This document shows, one piece after another, positions 1-16,293 of a stretch of 64,000 nt of DNA. Origin of the DNA: Neoconidiobolus thromboides FSU 785 (taxonomy: Eukaryota; Fungi; Entomophthoromycota); assembly GCA_025603075.1 (NCBI GenBank), contig MU626336.1:27781-91780 (forward strand), in the 5' to 3' direction. The first letter of the stretch is position 1. Every line of letters starts with the position of its first letter. The position numbers were made by a program, and so were the translations under genes. A model generated the notes under the pieces. That model saw only the letters and a program-made list of their open reading frames with translations. It ran no database searches and had not been told where the DNA came from.

Positions 1-125
1 ACTAATATAATATCCAGTCAATCATTTAAATTATTAATCAGTCAAAAAGCCAAGTATACGATAAAATTTGAAAAATAAAATAATGTTTAATTCTAAATTT
101 GTAAATCTCTCATTAATGATTATAT

Positions 126-220
126 GGGGATGTTTTTGATTTCATTACTTTTTCCATTTTTTAAGCGCTATTCGAGTGGAAAAATTGTCAGTAAAATTCT
201 CAAACAAAAAATACATTCTC
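126..220 (+). mobile_element. ~96-bp MITE family, copy 1
   Basis: GGGGATGTTTTT...AAAAATACATTCTC; ATAT on both sides (122-125, 221-224); core TTAAGCGCTATTCGAGTGGAAAAA shared with the other copies. Confidence 0.85.
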
Positions 221-536
221 ATATATATTATGTGATTTTAAAGAATAAAAAGATAAATAGCTGAATTCATATTAAAATCATAAACCTATAAATTGTTCGA
301 ACAAAATAGCATTTAGTTATAATACAAGTTCCGTCTGCATGTGAATATATATTTATAGCAGTTAATTTAAACACTTTACTTTTTAGTGTTTATTGATCTC
401 AAGAACTGTTGTATTACAGCCTATGAAAGAAGGTAAAGATACACAGAAGACATGATCAAACAAATCAGGTTAGTTATAAAATCAAAAGAAAGGTCAAAAG
501 ATAAAGATAAAATATAAAACTTCCTTAATCGTTGTT

Positions 537-1823
537 TCATTCTGTTAAAATCTCTACACCATCGTTAGTAATAAGAACAGTATGCTCAAATTGGGCAGAC
601 CTTGAACCATCTTCTGTAACAATAGTCCAGCCATCTGGCCACATCTTTCCAATTGGAGAGCCTTGGGATACTATTGGTTCAATAGTAAACGTCATACCAG
701 ATTGCATAATTCCTTCTTCTTGGTTTTCTATTAGAGTATTAAAATATGAAATTAAACCATTAAAATACTAATACCATGATGGAAGATTAGTGGTAACTCA
801 TGAAAATGAGCTCCGATTCCGTGCCCTGTTAATTCGTCAGAAACAGAAAATCCATTATCTTTAACGATTTCACTACAAAATAAATAATTTTTCACGAATA
901 ATATGTTAAGATTACCTTATGACTTTGCCAATCTTCTTAAATTCTACCCCTGGTCCACAGATAGATATAGCTTTCTCCATGGCTTTTTTTGTAACACTAA
1001 CTAATTTTTTTCCAGCATCATCCACGTCACCAACCATGAACGTAGCTGAAGTATCACCATGCACACCGTTTAAATAAACCTTTTAAATTTAATAACAGCA
1101 CTTAAATCTAACTAATGACTTACTGTAACATCGATGTTTATAATATCCCCATTTTTTAATGGCCGACTAATAAAACAGATTGATTTTTTTAAATCAATAT
1201 TTTTATATTATATTATATTACCTATCTGGTATTCCATGACAAATAACATTATTAATTGAAGTGCAGATAGATTTTGGAAATCCCATATAATTCAAAGTTG
1301 AAGGATAAGCGTTATTTTCTAATATAGCTTTCCTTAATGCGTCATCTATTTCTAAAGTAGTTACACCTTCCTTTTAAAATGATTTAAACCGTTTTATTTT
1401 AGAAAAGAAGCGGGTTACCTTGCACATACTACCACCTAAATGTAACATCTTTTTAGCTAATTTACAAGCTTTTCTCATCTTTTCAATCAACTCTTCATCT
1501 TTAATACCAATGACTTTTGACCATTCCTTTGGTTGTTTTGAATAAGCATAAGGTGGTTTGGCAATATTTTTTGGTATAATTTCATCAATATTTATACTTT
1601 CTACACCTAGAGATAATTTGGTTGGTACAATTAATGGATATTTTCCATACTGGTTTAAGTTAAGATAATCCAACTCTTCAAGTACTGTTTTTCGTTTATC
1701 TCTTGGTAGTAATGTTTTTAAATTTTGAGTGAAGTTTGCTTTAGTGATTTTATTGTTATTAAGTTGTAACAACACTTTATTAATCAATGTGTTATTGATT
1801 CTTTTTGCTGATAACTTTATCAT
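537..1823 (-). CDS. METAP1D: Methionine aminopeptidase type I, probably mitochondrial MetAP1D-like; multi-exon
   Basis: Spliced translation gives [56 protein letters not shown] and [10 protein letters not shown], so the metal ligands are intact; basic N-terminus without a zinc finger; TGA at 537-539. Confidence 0.85.
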
Positions 1824-2010
1824 TTTAAAAAAGCGACTATTTTTTATTGAATATTAAAAATTATAAACTGTTAACTTGTAATTTGAATTGAAAAGTTAAA
1901 CCGGAAATATTAAAAACTTTAAAATTCATAAATATTTATATATTTGAAAATATCATTCAAAATGCAGTAAAATATATATTAACTCATCAATTATTCTGGT
2001 TTATTAGAAC

Positions 2011-2376
2011 TTAAGCATCAGCAATGGTGACTTCAACTTCGACTCCAGGTTCAATGGAGATGGAGGTGATTTGCTTAACAATCTCAGATGGAGAGTGGAG
2101 ATCGACAAGACGTTTGTGGATACGCATTTCATAACGATCCCAGGTCTTGGAACCCTCACCATTAGGAGTCTTACGAGTAGTGATCTTTAAGACTTTGGTT
2201 GGGAGACGAACTGGACCCTTAACTTTAAGTTGCTTATCTTTGGCACGGTTGATAAGATCAGAGCAAACTTTTTCAAGAGCTTGAACATTACGGGAAGTAA
2301 GAGTGATACGGATCTTGTGTACCTTAGCAGATACTTTTTCTTCTAATCCAGGTTTTCCTTTAGCGACGTAAGCCAT
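2011..2376 (-). CDS. RPS20: 40S ribosomal protein S20 (uS10), intronless
   Basis: [53 protein letters not shown]. Confidence 0.98.
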   Translation of the reverse strand: MAYVAKGKPGLEEKVSAKVHKIRITLTSRNVQALEKVCSDLINRAKDKQLKVKGPVRLPTKVLKITTRKTPNGEGSKTWDRYEMRIHKRLVDLHSPSEIVKQITSISIEPGVEVEVTIADA

Positions 2377-3808
2377 TTTTATACTTTAATAGAACTATTT
2401 ATTCGGCACAATGGCACAGAGGTGACTAAATAATCTTTTTAAAAAGAGTTGAGTTCGATATCCACGGTAAAAATTTTAAAATGAAAATTTTTTCAATTTT
2501 TTTAACCAATAATTTAGCTTAAATACAATGGGAGTTTTAAATTTTTCAGCTTCAAATTTCAAAAAAAAAAGTCAAAATAGTATTGAAAATGATTTATATT
2601 GAACTTTATAGCACTAAATTACTTAACTTATTATAATAATAAAGCTATTTCAATATTCATACTTTAGCGTTGTTTTTTTTGAATTTTTGAACCTTTATAT
2701 GTGTACATTTTGTAATTCTAAGTGATTATTTTAATTATGATTCCCTTTTAGAAATTTATGTCTAATTTGATTTAAATATGAAAATGCCTAACTTCAAAGA
2801 ATGGCTCATATAACAAGCTCTAGTTAACGTTGTTATTTACTGATGATTTATCGCTTTATACTATTAAGATATTTTTAGTTACTTCTATGTTCTAAAAGAT
2901 AGTTATTAAAGTTAATTGGCATATTAAGATAATAGTCTAAAACCTAACCTGTATTTGAAATATAAATTCGTTATATATTAATTTATAAATGATATTCTAA
3001 TCCACTTACTATATAAGTTTACAGGTTCTTCAAAAAAAGTAGTAGTCCATGATGGCTTCATACTTCGCTTATATAGAGATATATGGATATCATTATAATA
3101 CAATAGTTTTTGCAGTATAAAAATTGAAGAGTATGTTATTTTATACTTTTTGATGTTACTTCCAGTCAAATTACTTGATAAGTGTATGATAACAATAAGG
3201 TTTTATAAAATTCGAGAATCTTTATATATTACTATTGATAGTAGATGAAATGCGATATCAACCAATATCATAATAATTCAGAAATTTTAGTAATGATAAT
3301 ATTGGTAATCGATCATCTATAATAACAAATTGAATGTATTAGTTTTATTAATCTATCTCTTATTGATTTCATTTTCTTTTTAAATCCTAAATTCAGGCAG
3401 AATATTAGCTTTTATATCAAGGATAAGTTTGGTACAAATTGTGATTTTTATTACTTCAGGTGAACTTCATCCTAACATCTTTAATAGAGAGGATTTTCTT
3501 AAACATAAAATTTATACTTCAAGTTATTAATTTTTGTCACTGGTGGTTTATTTAAACGCAAAAGGCTATTCAAACAACTGCTGATCATGGGGAACACCTT
3601 TATCAGTTTTCTATAGTATAAATAATATAACTGAGTCTTAAATATACAAAGCCAATTATTTATCGAAAACTAAGTTTGTTTTTTTATTAAAATATAATAA
3701 CTTATTCAGCTTTTAAGTTAAGCGAACAAATAGCTAGAAGGAAAAAAGACATTCTTATATTAAACCGGTAGACTAATAAGACTTATTTTACTTAGTATCA
3801 AAATGTAT

Positions 3809-4593
3809 TTACTGACTCTTTTTATCTCTTAAAGAATAGATATTTTTAGCGAATTTAAAAATAGGTAAATAAGCGGGCCTACATACATCAAATTAAAAAC
3901 AAGTGCTAGCTTTTGACTTAATGAAACACAGCCTGGTAAAAAAAACCTAATCCAGAACCAGCAAAAAATTGATTAATTTACAAAGCAGCAACATATTTTT
4001 GAAACTTCGGTCTATAACCTAAAACAGTAAAAGAATAGTATAAGTAGATTACTGTATGAACAAGGGAGCTAAATAGTACAAAAATTCCAGTACCTGGATT
4101 GGAGATGGTAAATAGATAAAATATACATAAAACTGCACCAGAATGATGGTGAGATTGTAAAAGAGATGGTACTCTATTTTTTAACAATAAAATTAAGGCA
4201 TTAATAAATTCCCAATATTTGGATAGATAAAAGAGCCATATATTAAGGTATATGCTTTGTATTCATACCGTTTGATTTTTATCAAAATAGACGTTATAGA
4301 GGGAATCACTATTTATAATAGTGCCATAGATGGTAGAAAATAAGGAGAAAAGGGGAAAAAGGAACAAATTGCTAAGTTAAGTTATGAAATAATATAAAGA
4401 CCTTGAAACCATCACTAGTTTTTGTATTTTTAGTTGTTTGCTTTTTTATATACTCAGTGTAAATCTTTGCAGCTATCAAATATGTGATTGATATAAAGGC
4501 AACACTGGGTTGACGGTTAAAACAAGGGTACCATTATGAGAGTGGTAAGCCTTGTCAATGAGTTATATCAATAAGATTGGAAATTGGAATCAT
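3809..4593 (-). pseudogene. Full-length pseudogene of a GNS1/SUR4 (ELO) fatty-acid elongase, paralogue of 21952-22746
   Basis: Aligns end to end with the intact ELO (MIPISNLIDITH*QGLPLS*WYP, DKNQTV*IQSIYLNIWLFYLSKYWEF, LLQSHHHSGAV, QKLALVFNLMYVGPLIYLF) but has several in-frame stops and frameshifts. Confidence 0.9.
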
Positions 4594-5436
4594 TATCAAA
4601 TAAGGAGTAAAAAAACATGTATTCGAAAAACATACTCCTTTTTATTTACTATTTTTTGAGGTGTATTCTACAATAAAATAAACTTTGAGTCAGTCATTCA
4701 AATACATCAATTAGGGTGTTATAGATAAAGCGATCTTATTAATTGACTATACCCCATTTATGTATTTGTTATGAATTGTTTTAAATGTATTTATTGAGTT
4801 ATTGAGTTATTGTTGTTATACTGTATTATTATAAAATGATTGAAATAAAAGTGTAAAATAAGATAATAAGCAGTTATATTAAATATTTAATGAATTGTTT
4901 TTTTACTTTGTTGTTGATAACTACACTTCGTCATTATAATTTTTGTAGAAAATTTAGTATCACTTGTTACAAAAGTTATTATAAAAACTGAAATATAATT
5001 AAATTAAATGGAGAGCTAATTGTAACTAAAGATATATGCTTGTTAAAATAAAGATCTCTGATAGATTGATTTATCTTTACAGTTTATAATTTTATAACTA
5101 TTTTATAGAATATACTATACTATATGCAATATTATAGCAAAACAAAAAAATATAGTTTGAGTAATTTAGATTCTATTAAGTTATTTATTATAATAATCTT
5201 ATTGTATAAGATAAATAACAAAATTTATAGGATATAATAGTGGCTGACTTTAAATTTTTAAATTTCAATCTGCCAATTTAAAAGCTAATAATCTTTTAAA
5301 CAAAAAGTTCAATCGACTTAATTGGTTCTTATAAACTTTAAAAGAAAAACATGAAAAAACAAAACAAAAAACTCAACAAAGATATTCAGTTCTTATTTTA
5401 TCTTTTTCAACTTTCAATTTCAATTCCCAATAGAAG

Positions 5437-6665
<1,229 letters not shown>

Positions 6666-6958
6666 AAGTATTTACTGCAAGCTTTTTTGAATGCATATTT
6701 AATAGTTGAGGTTGTTGATTAGTTTTAGGTTGAATATATAAGTTGATGGGTAGCTTTTTGTTAAATAAAAACAAAACTGTTTTATGGGTTTATATTTTAT
6801 TTTAGTTTGATGTTTTTTAATTATCTTTAATGCATTTTTTTAAAGAATAAATCCCATGAATTAGTTTAAATTCAAAAAAACTCGAAAGACCCACTTTTTT
6901 TTAAAATCTCAAAAAATAGAATAAAATTCAATAATAAACCAGCAATTTACTTTTATAT

Positions 6959-8516
<1,558 letters not shown>

Positions 8517-8530
8517 TCTATTTAATGAAA

Positions 8531-8560
8531 TAATATAATATAATATAATATAATATAATA
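8531..8560. repeat. (TAATA)6 microsatellite in the DYS1/FES1 convergent 3' gap
   Basis: Six perfect pentamers read directly. Confidence 0.9.
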
Positions 8561-8579
8561 ATAAAAGAAATAGATTGTT

Positions 8580-9948
8580 TTAATTGTTTAATTTAGCAAT
8601 TAATGTATCCCATTCTTGCTCAGTAAAAATATCATTAAATCGTTGTTTTAATGATTCTATGTTTTTTGCAATCGATTTTAAGTCTATATCAATCGATGAA
8701 TTTAATAAGGGTAAACTAGTAGATAATAAATGTAAATCCTATATAAAATAAAAAATTCAACGTAAGTATATAGATTCAATGTTTTAATAATATTAACTTA
8801 CTTTTTGTATTAAATCATCATCGTCATAATATTTTGATTCAGGTAATAAATACATAAGAAATGTATTTAATAAATTGGAATTTAACAATGGAGTTAAGAT
8901 AGTTGGTTCGTCAGATAATAATGAATTCATCATAAATAAGATTCGACTAATCACTTGTACATCAATGTCTAAACAATAGAAATAAAATTAATAAAATTAA
9001 TATAATTAATAGCGTTGTGATTAATTCATTTACCTTTTCTATTGACAATATTTTGAATTAATTGAAATCCGTTTAATGTTTGTAATTTAACTAACGATTT
9101 TTGATGATGTCTAGTGGCACCTAAATAATAAGAAAAACATGTCAAATAAAACACATAATAAAAAATAATCAACCTACAAGATAAAGCATAGATCAATTTA
9201 ATTAATACTTCTTTTTCACTTTCTTTTTCCATTGCTTGTAATAATGCTTCAAATCCATTATGTTGAATAAACTAAATATAATATAAAATAAACTAATAAA
9301 TAACGAATGATAAGAGTAATAAACATATAGAACTCACCGCTTCTTGGGCATCTGGATTATTTTGAGTAGCTGTACCCAATGTCCATGCTGTATATTTACG
9401 AATAACTGAATGCTCATTTTTCAATAATTCAATTAATGGAGCCCATAATTTTAATGGGGTTAAATCTATAGTTTAAAACAAAATTAATATGTTTGATATT
9501 ATTCATTTTTTATACAAATACTTACTTTTGGCATTATCAATATGTTCTACTAACTATAGGAATAAAGTAATGAGTTAATTTGATTTAAAAAAGCAATAAC
9601 AAAATTTTCTTTCTAAAAAATTACCATTTCTAAATTATCAAATGCAACTTCTCTTTGTTCTAAATCGACATTTTCATCAATAATTACTTGGAAATTTTCT
9701 AATTATAAAAAATAAGCCAACTAATAAACACAATAACTTTAAATAAAAATAGAACAGGAACGATAATAACAATAACAATATTTAATAATATTTAATTAAA
9801 ACTTACCTTTCATCATAGTAGCTTCACTTTTACCCAAAATAGCATCAATAACTTCCGGATCTAAATCTTTAACTGCCTCGTTGCTAGTTGCTTTAGCTAG
9901 CTCTTCAGGGTCACTGTTTTTAATTCCCCATTGTAATAATTTTTCCAT
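8580..9948 (-). CDS. FES1: Hsp70 nucleotide-exchange factor Fes1/HspBP1; multi-exon
   Basis: MEKLLQWGIKNS, LDPEVIDAILG, REVAFDNLE, KLWAPLIELL, YTAWTLGTATQNNPDAQE, KLIYALS. Confidence 0.88.
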
Positions 9949-10132
9949 TTTTTGAATTTGTATCAATTATAATTTAAACAAAAAAGATAAAAGCCAAATT
10001 AATTAAAGCCCTGATATTTGAACTAAACTTTGAGAATTAAATTGTTTCAGAATTTACTAGAAAAATTGGAAAAAAAATTCATTTCATCTTGATAATTTAT
10101 TTAAAAATCAAAAAGATTAATACAATACGAGT

Positions 10133-11194
10133 ATGGCAATTAAAAATAAAGTGATGGGAAAGGTAGTAAAGAGTAACAAAGATGAAACACTTTCGCACAA
10201 GGTAAAACAGGCTAAACAATACAGTATAGAAGGACAAGAGGAAGAAACTGTGGAAGAGGGTGAAGGAGAGAATGAAGAAGAAAACGAAGAAGGTGAAGGA
10301 GAGAGTGAAGAAGAAAACGAAGAAGAAAACAAAGAAGAGGAAGAAGGGGATTATATCGATGAAGATTTAGAAGAAGAAGAAGAGGATTATACCGACGAAG
10401 ATTTAGAAGAAGAACAAAGTTCCAAAGGCTTAAAGCCTATGGATGCAGCTAGTTTACAGAAATTCAATGAAAAGATTGAAAAAAGTGGGGTCGTTTATAT
10501 CAGTCGAATCCCGCCACGGTTCAAACCGAATAAATTAAAATCTCTGCTTGCACCATACAAACTGAAAATTGGACGAGTCTATTTTGCAGCAGAAGATGAA
10601 AGAGCTCGATTAAAGAGAAAGAAAATGGGTGGCAGTACAATAAAACATTATACTGAAGGTTGGATTGAGTTCATGGATAAAAAAAAAGCGAAGAGTTTGG
10701 TAAAATTGTTAAATAATACAAATATGGATAAAAGAAAACATGGTTATCATCATGAAGATATCTGGAATTTAAAATATTTACCAAAGTTTAAATGGCATCA
10801 TTTGACTGAGAGAATAGGTAAGATTCCAAATTTTATTGCTTATTTTTATATTCTTGTTAACTAGTTTCTTTAATTTAATATGGATTATTAATACTTTTTT
10901 TTAGCTTATGAAAAAGAAGTGCGTGCTCAAAGATTAAGAAATGAAATATCTATGGCTAAAAAGTTAAATCAGCAATATATTGATAAAGTGGAATTAAAGA
11001 AACAGATCGAAGGAATGGAAAGTAAAAAAGGAAACTCGAATAAAAATAAAATGGTCAGAAGTTTTCATCAAAGAAAAGTTCAAAATAGTAATGTAGAGAA
11101 TAATCATCATATTAAAAATGATAATAAGAAGAAAAAGAAAACCGAAGAAGATAAAGAGAAAGATTTAAATCAAGTATTAGATTCTATTTTTTAA
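10133..11194 (+). CDS. ESF2: Pre-rRNA-processing protein Esf2/ABT1; one intron
   Basis: Acidic N-terminus, GVVYISRIPP, EGWIEF, WNLKYLPKFKWHHLTERI|AYEK, RLRNEIS. Confidence 0.93.
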
Positions 11195-11332
11195 ATAGAA
11201 AAGTTATTGAGGTTGGTGATAGAGATGGGATTTATAGATTTTTCATGAATAAAATTGAATATTTAATTTTGGATCTTTTTTTCAAACTTTTTATTTTTTT
11301 ATTTTTCGATTTTTTTAACTAAAATTTTAAGC

Positions 11333-12029
11333 ATGAAAGATAAGAAAGAAGGTAATTGATATAACAAAAACAAATGTTGTTGATACTAATTTATAATCAA
11401 TTTAAATAGAAAAAATGACAACTGAAGTAAGAAGATAATGATTATAATGATTATTTTATATACTAAGGGGATTAATTTAGAAAAAAGTTGATTCTTTAAA
11501 ACCATTGAAAGAAAAAAAAGAGAAGAAGGAAAAGAAAGAAAAGAAATCGAAAAAGAACACCGATATAACTGAAAAAGAGTGCAAAAAATCGAAAAAGGAA
11601 AAGAAGGGTAAGAAGGAAAAGAAATCGAAAAACTTGGAAATCGAAAAAGAAGAGATTGAAAAAGTAGAACCATCAAAACTTGAAATAAAAGAAACTTCAA
11701 CTGTTCAAACGGAACTTAAGGTAATTTTGTTTACTTAATCTTCAAATTTTTAAACCAATTTCTTTCTTCTCTAGCCTTCTACCGTCTCTTATGTTGGCAC
11801 CGATTGGAATCAATCTAGTTTTTCAGGAAATACTGAAAGAAAAAATAAATTTCTAAGATTAATGGGGGCAGGGAAAAGCGGTAATAAAGAAATCAAATCA
11901 ACTGGTGGTAAAGTATTGGATTCTCAACAGGAAAGCAAAATGTTTCAAGAGATGGAAAAACAATACCAGTTTGGTTTAGATTATAAAAAAGAGGGTTATA
12001 AAGGCAGTAAAAGAGGGTTGGGAGCGTAA
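11333..12029 (+). CDS. Lysine-rich protein with a C-terminal small acidic protein (SMAP)-like domain; two tiny 5' exons
   Basis: Frame-consistent exons 11333-11351, 11410-11426, 11481-11720 and a final exon; C-terminal WNQSSFSGNTERKNKFLRLMGA...EMEKQYQFGL...KRGLG. Confidence 0.7.
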
Positions 12030-12172
12030 ATGAAGGAAAAGGGAATTTAAGGGAATAAATATAGAGCTAAAATAGTTATATGTTAAGATATACTTTTTAT
12101 TGATTTATTATGTTGATATTTGCTTGATTTTAAATTTTATTATTTCTATGATTTTTTTGATGCTTAATTTTC

Positions 12173-12180
12173 AGCCAATG
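12173..12180 (+). promoter_or_regulatory. CCAAT box (AGCCAATG), 96 bp before ATG 12271
   Basis: Matches the NF-Y/HAP consensus; same spacing as three other genes. Confidence 0.5.
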
Positions 12181-12270
12181 ACTTAAATTTCTTTTTAAAA
12201 GTAATCCTAAAAAATTATGATTCTAAAAGAATTAAACTTTTTTTTATATAAACACAAATTAAAATTTCAA

Positions 12271-12717
12271 ATGGCTTTAATTAAAACAATACAAACTACC
12301 TTTTTCCAATTTCGTTCTGTTTCACGAGTATCTATTTTACGAACATCATGTATCTCTAAATTTAATATGCAATCATTGACTTCAAGATTAAGTTTCACTC
12401 ATAACTTCCATTCGACTACTTTTAAATCCCAACTCACCTCTCAACAACAAGAGCTTATCGATAAAGTCCAAAATAACCCCGAGTTAATGAAATTGTTTAA
12501 TAACAAAGAAATTGTATTGCAGATTCAAAATTTGCAAAAATTATTAATCGAAAAAGGTATTGATATTAATAATTTAAAAGATATGGGTCCAATGAGTTTA
12601 TTTAAATTGATGAATGATAAAGATATTAAATTACAAGGCGAAAAGATTCAAGAATTAGTAATCAAAAATAATATTAAATTATCAGCTACTGATTTGTTGT
12701 CTTTATTTTCAAAATAA
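12271..12717 (+). CDS. Hypothetical protein, probably mitochondrial, with a helical STI1-like C-terminus
   Basis: R/S/T-rich, acid-free N-terminus followed by ELIDKVQNNPELMKLF; the upstream in-frame ATG at 12217 is an alternative start. Confidence 0.6.
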   Translation: MALIKTIQTTFFQFRSVSRVSILRTSCISKFNMQSLTSRLSFTHNFHSTTFKSQLTSQQQELIDKVQNNPELMKLFNNKEIVLQIQNLQKLLIEKGIDINNLKDMGPMSLFKLMNDKDIKLQGEKIQELVIKNNIKLSATDLLSLFSK

Positions 12718-12932
12718 AAACTAATTTTAAAAAGCAATTATTTTATCATTATTATTACTATTATTTTAAGTCTTGAAAGTGGAATATCTCTAAGTGTTAT
12801 AGTTTCAAAAATATAACATTTCAAAATTTATTAATTTGCATTTGATTATTATATCACATTTTTTTATTAATAGAAACCAAATAATAGGTAAGTAATTAAT
12901 ATTAACTTATTTTAACTATTATTCATTTAAAT

Positions 12933-15900
12933 TTAACTAGCTTTACGAATCCTAAGATTACGCTTTGAAGAAATAGTAGTAGTAGTAATAGGTTCTACCT
13001 CAGTACTAAAATCATATTTAACTCGATTTAAACGTCGAAGATTTCCTCTACTTTCAATTAATTGAGTATCATTTAATGTAGTTGATTTAAAATAACTAGA
13101 AATAATATGAATTATTATGATGTAAATTATAATTATAATAATATTATTACTTTTTGATATTTCTTTTCTTTTTTAAATTGTTGTTTTTATTATTATTATT
13201 TGATTTCTTTTTATTTTTAGATTCTTCTGAATAACTTTCCTATTAAAGTAAATTAGTATAATATAAAATAGTATATAAAATATATTTACAGCTTGGTCAT
13301 CAAATATACTTTTATCAACATATTTAATCTTTCTTTTTGGTATATAGACAATCGCATTACACTCTTTAGGAAATTTAAGATAATGATAATGACAATCAAT
13401 AGTATCGTTATCTTTTGACAATTCTAAATGAATTGAGCATTTTTCTTTTCTTTGCAGTCCATTGAAACAAAAACTTGGATCATCAGGATAATCATTTTTA
13501 TCAATAATTAATGTCATTAAATAATCTTCAATTGATTTTAGCCAAATATAAAATTGCTGTAATGTTTTAAATATAGTTTTGACTTCTGTCTTATTTATTT
13601 CTTCGTTGTATGCTTGAATTATTTGTTTATAAGGATACGATTCTTTAGTCCAACTTAAAAGTATTTTATGATTTTGTTTAATTACTTTTTGATATTTAGT
13701 TAATTTACCAATCATTTTTTTACTCTCTTTTAAATTAGGTATACTATATTCAAATATATTATAACAACTTATAATTGATTCACTGAGTGATTTTAGTAAA
13801 TCAATTTCTTGAATGATTTTATTACCGAGTTCAATTGTTTCGTTTGATTTCATTAAAATAATTGAAAAATCATAAAGCAATGCTTTGATGTTTTTTAATT
13901 TATATATTATTTTATTCATGTAAATCTTATTGTATGCTTCAAAGTCTTTAATTTCAATTAATTCGTTACAATTATTAATTGATGCATTTTTTAATAATTC
14001 ATTAAATGAAATTGGTGCTTTTATAAATGGTAAAATGGATTTTGAATATAATTCATTTGACTGTTCTGTATCCTCACGTATAAATGAAGCATAAGATGAA
14101 AAAGCATAAATAATATAAGTAAGCATTGTTTCTTTTGAATCAATGGCACTTTTAATGCCTAATTGAATTTCTTTCCATCGATTGAAAGTATCAAATGAAT
14201 TGATAATATCCTGTTTATTGAATTTTATGTTTGTATATAATTCTTTTTCTCTTATGCCATCTTGATTTAAACTAGATAATAGCTGATTTAAAGACTCTTC
14301 GTCATTAACGCATTTCCATACTGTTTTGTTTAATTCTCCTTCTTTATTGCCATCTGTCTCTTTATTATCAATATTGGTCTGTTCATTATTGATCTTGGTT
14401 TGTTCATTATTGATCTTAGTTTCTTCAGTAATATTGTTGGCTTCTTTACTGTCATTAATCATTTCTTCGTTATTTTCTTTAGATCCTTCAGTAATAACAT
14501 TAATTTTTTTAGCAATGATATTAGTTTCTTTATTATTAATATTTATTTCCTCGATGACAATATTAGTTTCCTCTTTATTAACATTGATTCCTTTGGAAAC
14601 AACATTAACTTCTTCTTTATCAATACTAGCTTCTCCATTATTAATCTCAATTACTTTTTTTACCATATAAGCTTCCATACTTTCGATTATAATACCACCC
14701 ATATTTGCCCAATACCAATATAATTTTCCAAATCGATCTTTGCCTAACAAAAGTGATCCAACTTTATTTAATACACCATTGTGTTGACCATGTAATTCTG
14801 CCACTTCAGATGAAGTATAAGTTTCATTAATCACTGCTTCCAAGTCTTTTGTATTTTTTTCAATATGAAATCTTAACATTTCAATATTCTTATCTACTCT
14901 ATTAATTTCACTTTCTAATGCAACTATTTGTGCTTTAAGTAATGGTAATGGTGTATTATAATGTTGGATTGTAAATATTCTTAATGTTTCGATATGTTTA
15001 TTCCTTAATGAAATTTCTGAATTTAAGCTAATTTTCAAAGAGTCAACGTTTGTACTAATATCCCTAATTTTCTGCTCAAATGATGGTGTATAGGCAATTT
15101 GACATTCTATAAAAGTACCAAATGCAGGTTCATCATATATATTGTTCACAATTGCCTTTAATACTATTAATTTTTCAGCTGGAGTCCATTGAGTGATCTC
15201 TTTATCAAAAATATCTACGGTAACTTTAGAGCTTTTTCCTTTTTTAATTTCATTTATTGCTTCAGAAAAATCAATAGTTTTACTACTATTCCTTGGATCT
15301 CTAAAAGTTATCAATATTTGTGTCAACTCTATAACAAGAAAATGGTAATAGATAGAATAATAATCTAATGGGATATGTAGAATCAAGATCAAAAAATCAG
15401 GGGACGAAATAGTTAATGGCCAACCGCTTATTATTTTAGTCACAAATAATCTTAAGAAGTCAGCAACCTCTAAAACATCAAGTACCTTTTTAAATCCTAA
15501 AAAGGTATCTGTTCCTTCAATTAATTCATTATCTAATGGATTGGCTTCAAATAGCTTTCTTGATTTATTTAAAACCTCTGGATCTAAATCATCAAGTATC
15601 TCTATCTTATTAACCTATGAAATTATTAAAAAACATTCCGAGTAATTTATACTACATACCAATTGACTGTATTTTATATTATGAGGAAGGATAGTTTCAT
15701 AGGCTACATCTGTGTTCATCATGGCCTGGTTATTTTTTACATTTATATTCGTCATGATTTGATTGTCTTGTACATTTGTGTTCATTATAGTCTGATTGCT
15801 TTGAGTAATTGTATTCATCGTAATTTGATTGATTTGTGCATTTGAAGGGGAGACAAATTTCTCAACCATACTCACATTGGATTGGATTTGAAAATTGGAA

Positions 15901-16293
15901 GTATAATTTGAAGGATAATTTGCTTTTTTGCCTTTCTTATTAGGATTTGATTCGATTAAAGAATTGATTTTGTATGGACTGGGTTTATATGAGTTTGGGG
16001 TTACAACTTCAAACTTTACTACAATATTAATTTTAGAATCTTCTAACTTAATTATAGAGCCTTATATGATAAATAAGGAAGTTCATCATATTAGCTTTAG
16101 TATTATATTTACTTGTATTCAATTTGCCAAATTCGTTCTGTTGCGCATTTTGAGTATCATCAGTTAAATCTATTACCTCGTTTTTAGAATTCATTTTTTC
16201 AACATGGTTGTAAAGCTTTGTTTTTAGCAAGCCATCCTGATTTGACCTAGTATTAACCTGATCTTCATTTTTTTTAAGTGCAGATAATTTCAT
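12933..16293 (-). CDS. DDT / WHIM / WSD-domain chromatin-remodelling (ISWI-associated) protein; multi-exon
   Basis: Frame-consistent splicing joins the 16048-16293, 15615-15875 and 13173-15443 ORFs; DDT-like LEVADFLRLF, WHIM1-like WTPAEKLIVLKAIV, WSD LLGKDRFGKLYWYW and LLSSLNQDGIREKELY. Confidence 0.7.
14330..14600 (-). repeat. Degenerate 21-nt (7-aa) coding tandem repeat
   Basis: NINKEET/NIVIEEI/NINNKET...KINNEQT/KINNEQT/NIDNKET. Confidence 0.75.

Noticed and set aside
2445-2465. AGTTCGATATCC resembling a tRNA B-box
   Set aside because: No A-box, acceptor stem or cloverleaf; it lies in the RPS20 upstream region.
3809-4593. TGA at two conserved Trp positions suggesting TGA=Trp recoding
   Set aside because: The same copy has TAA stops at Gln codons and frameshifts; intact genes use TGG for Trp and TGA as a stop (e.g. 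MetAP).
4602-4640. AAGGAGTA...TACTCCTT inverted repeat upstream of the ELO pseudogene
   Set aside because: An 8-bp stem in AT-rich DNA is within chance expectation; single occurrence.
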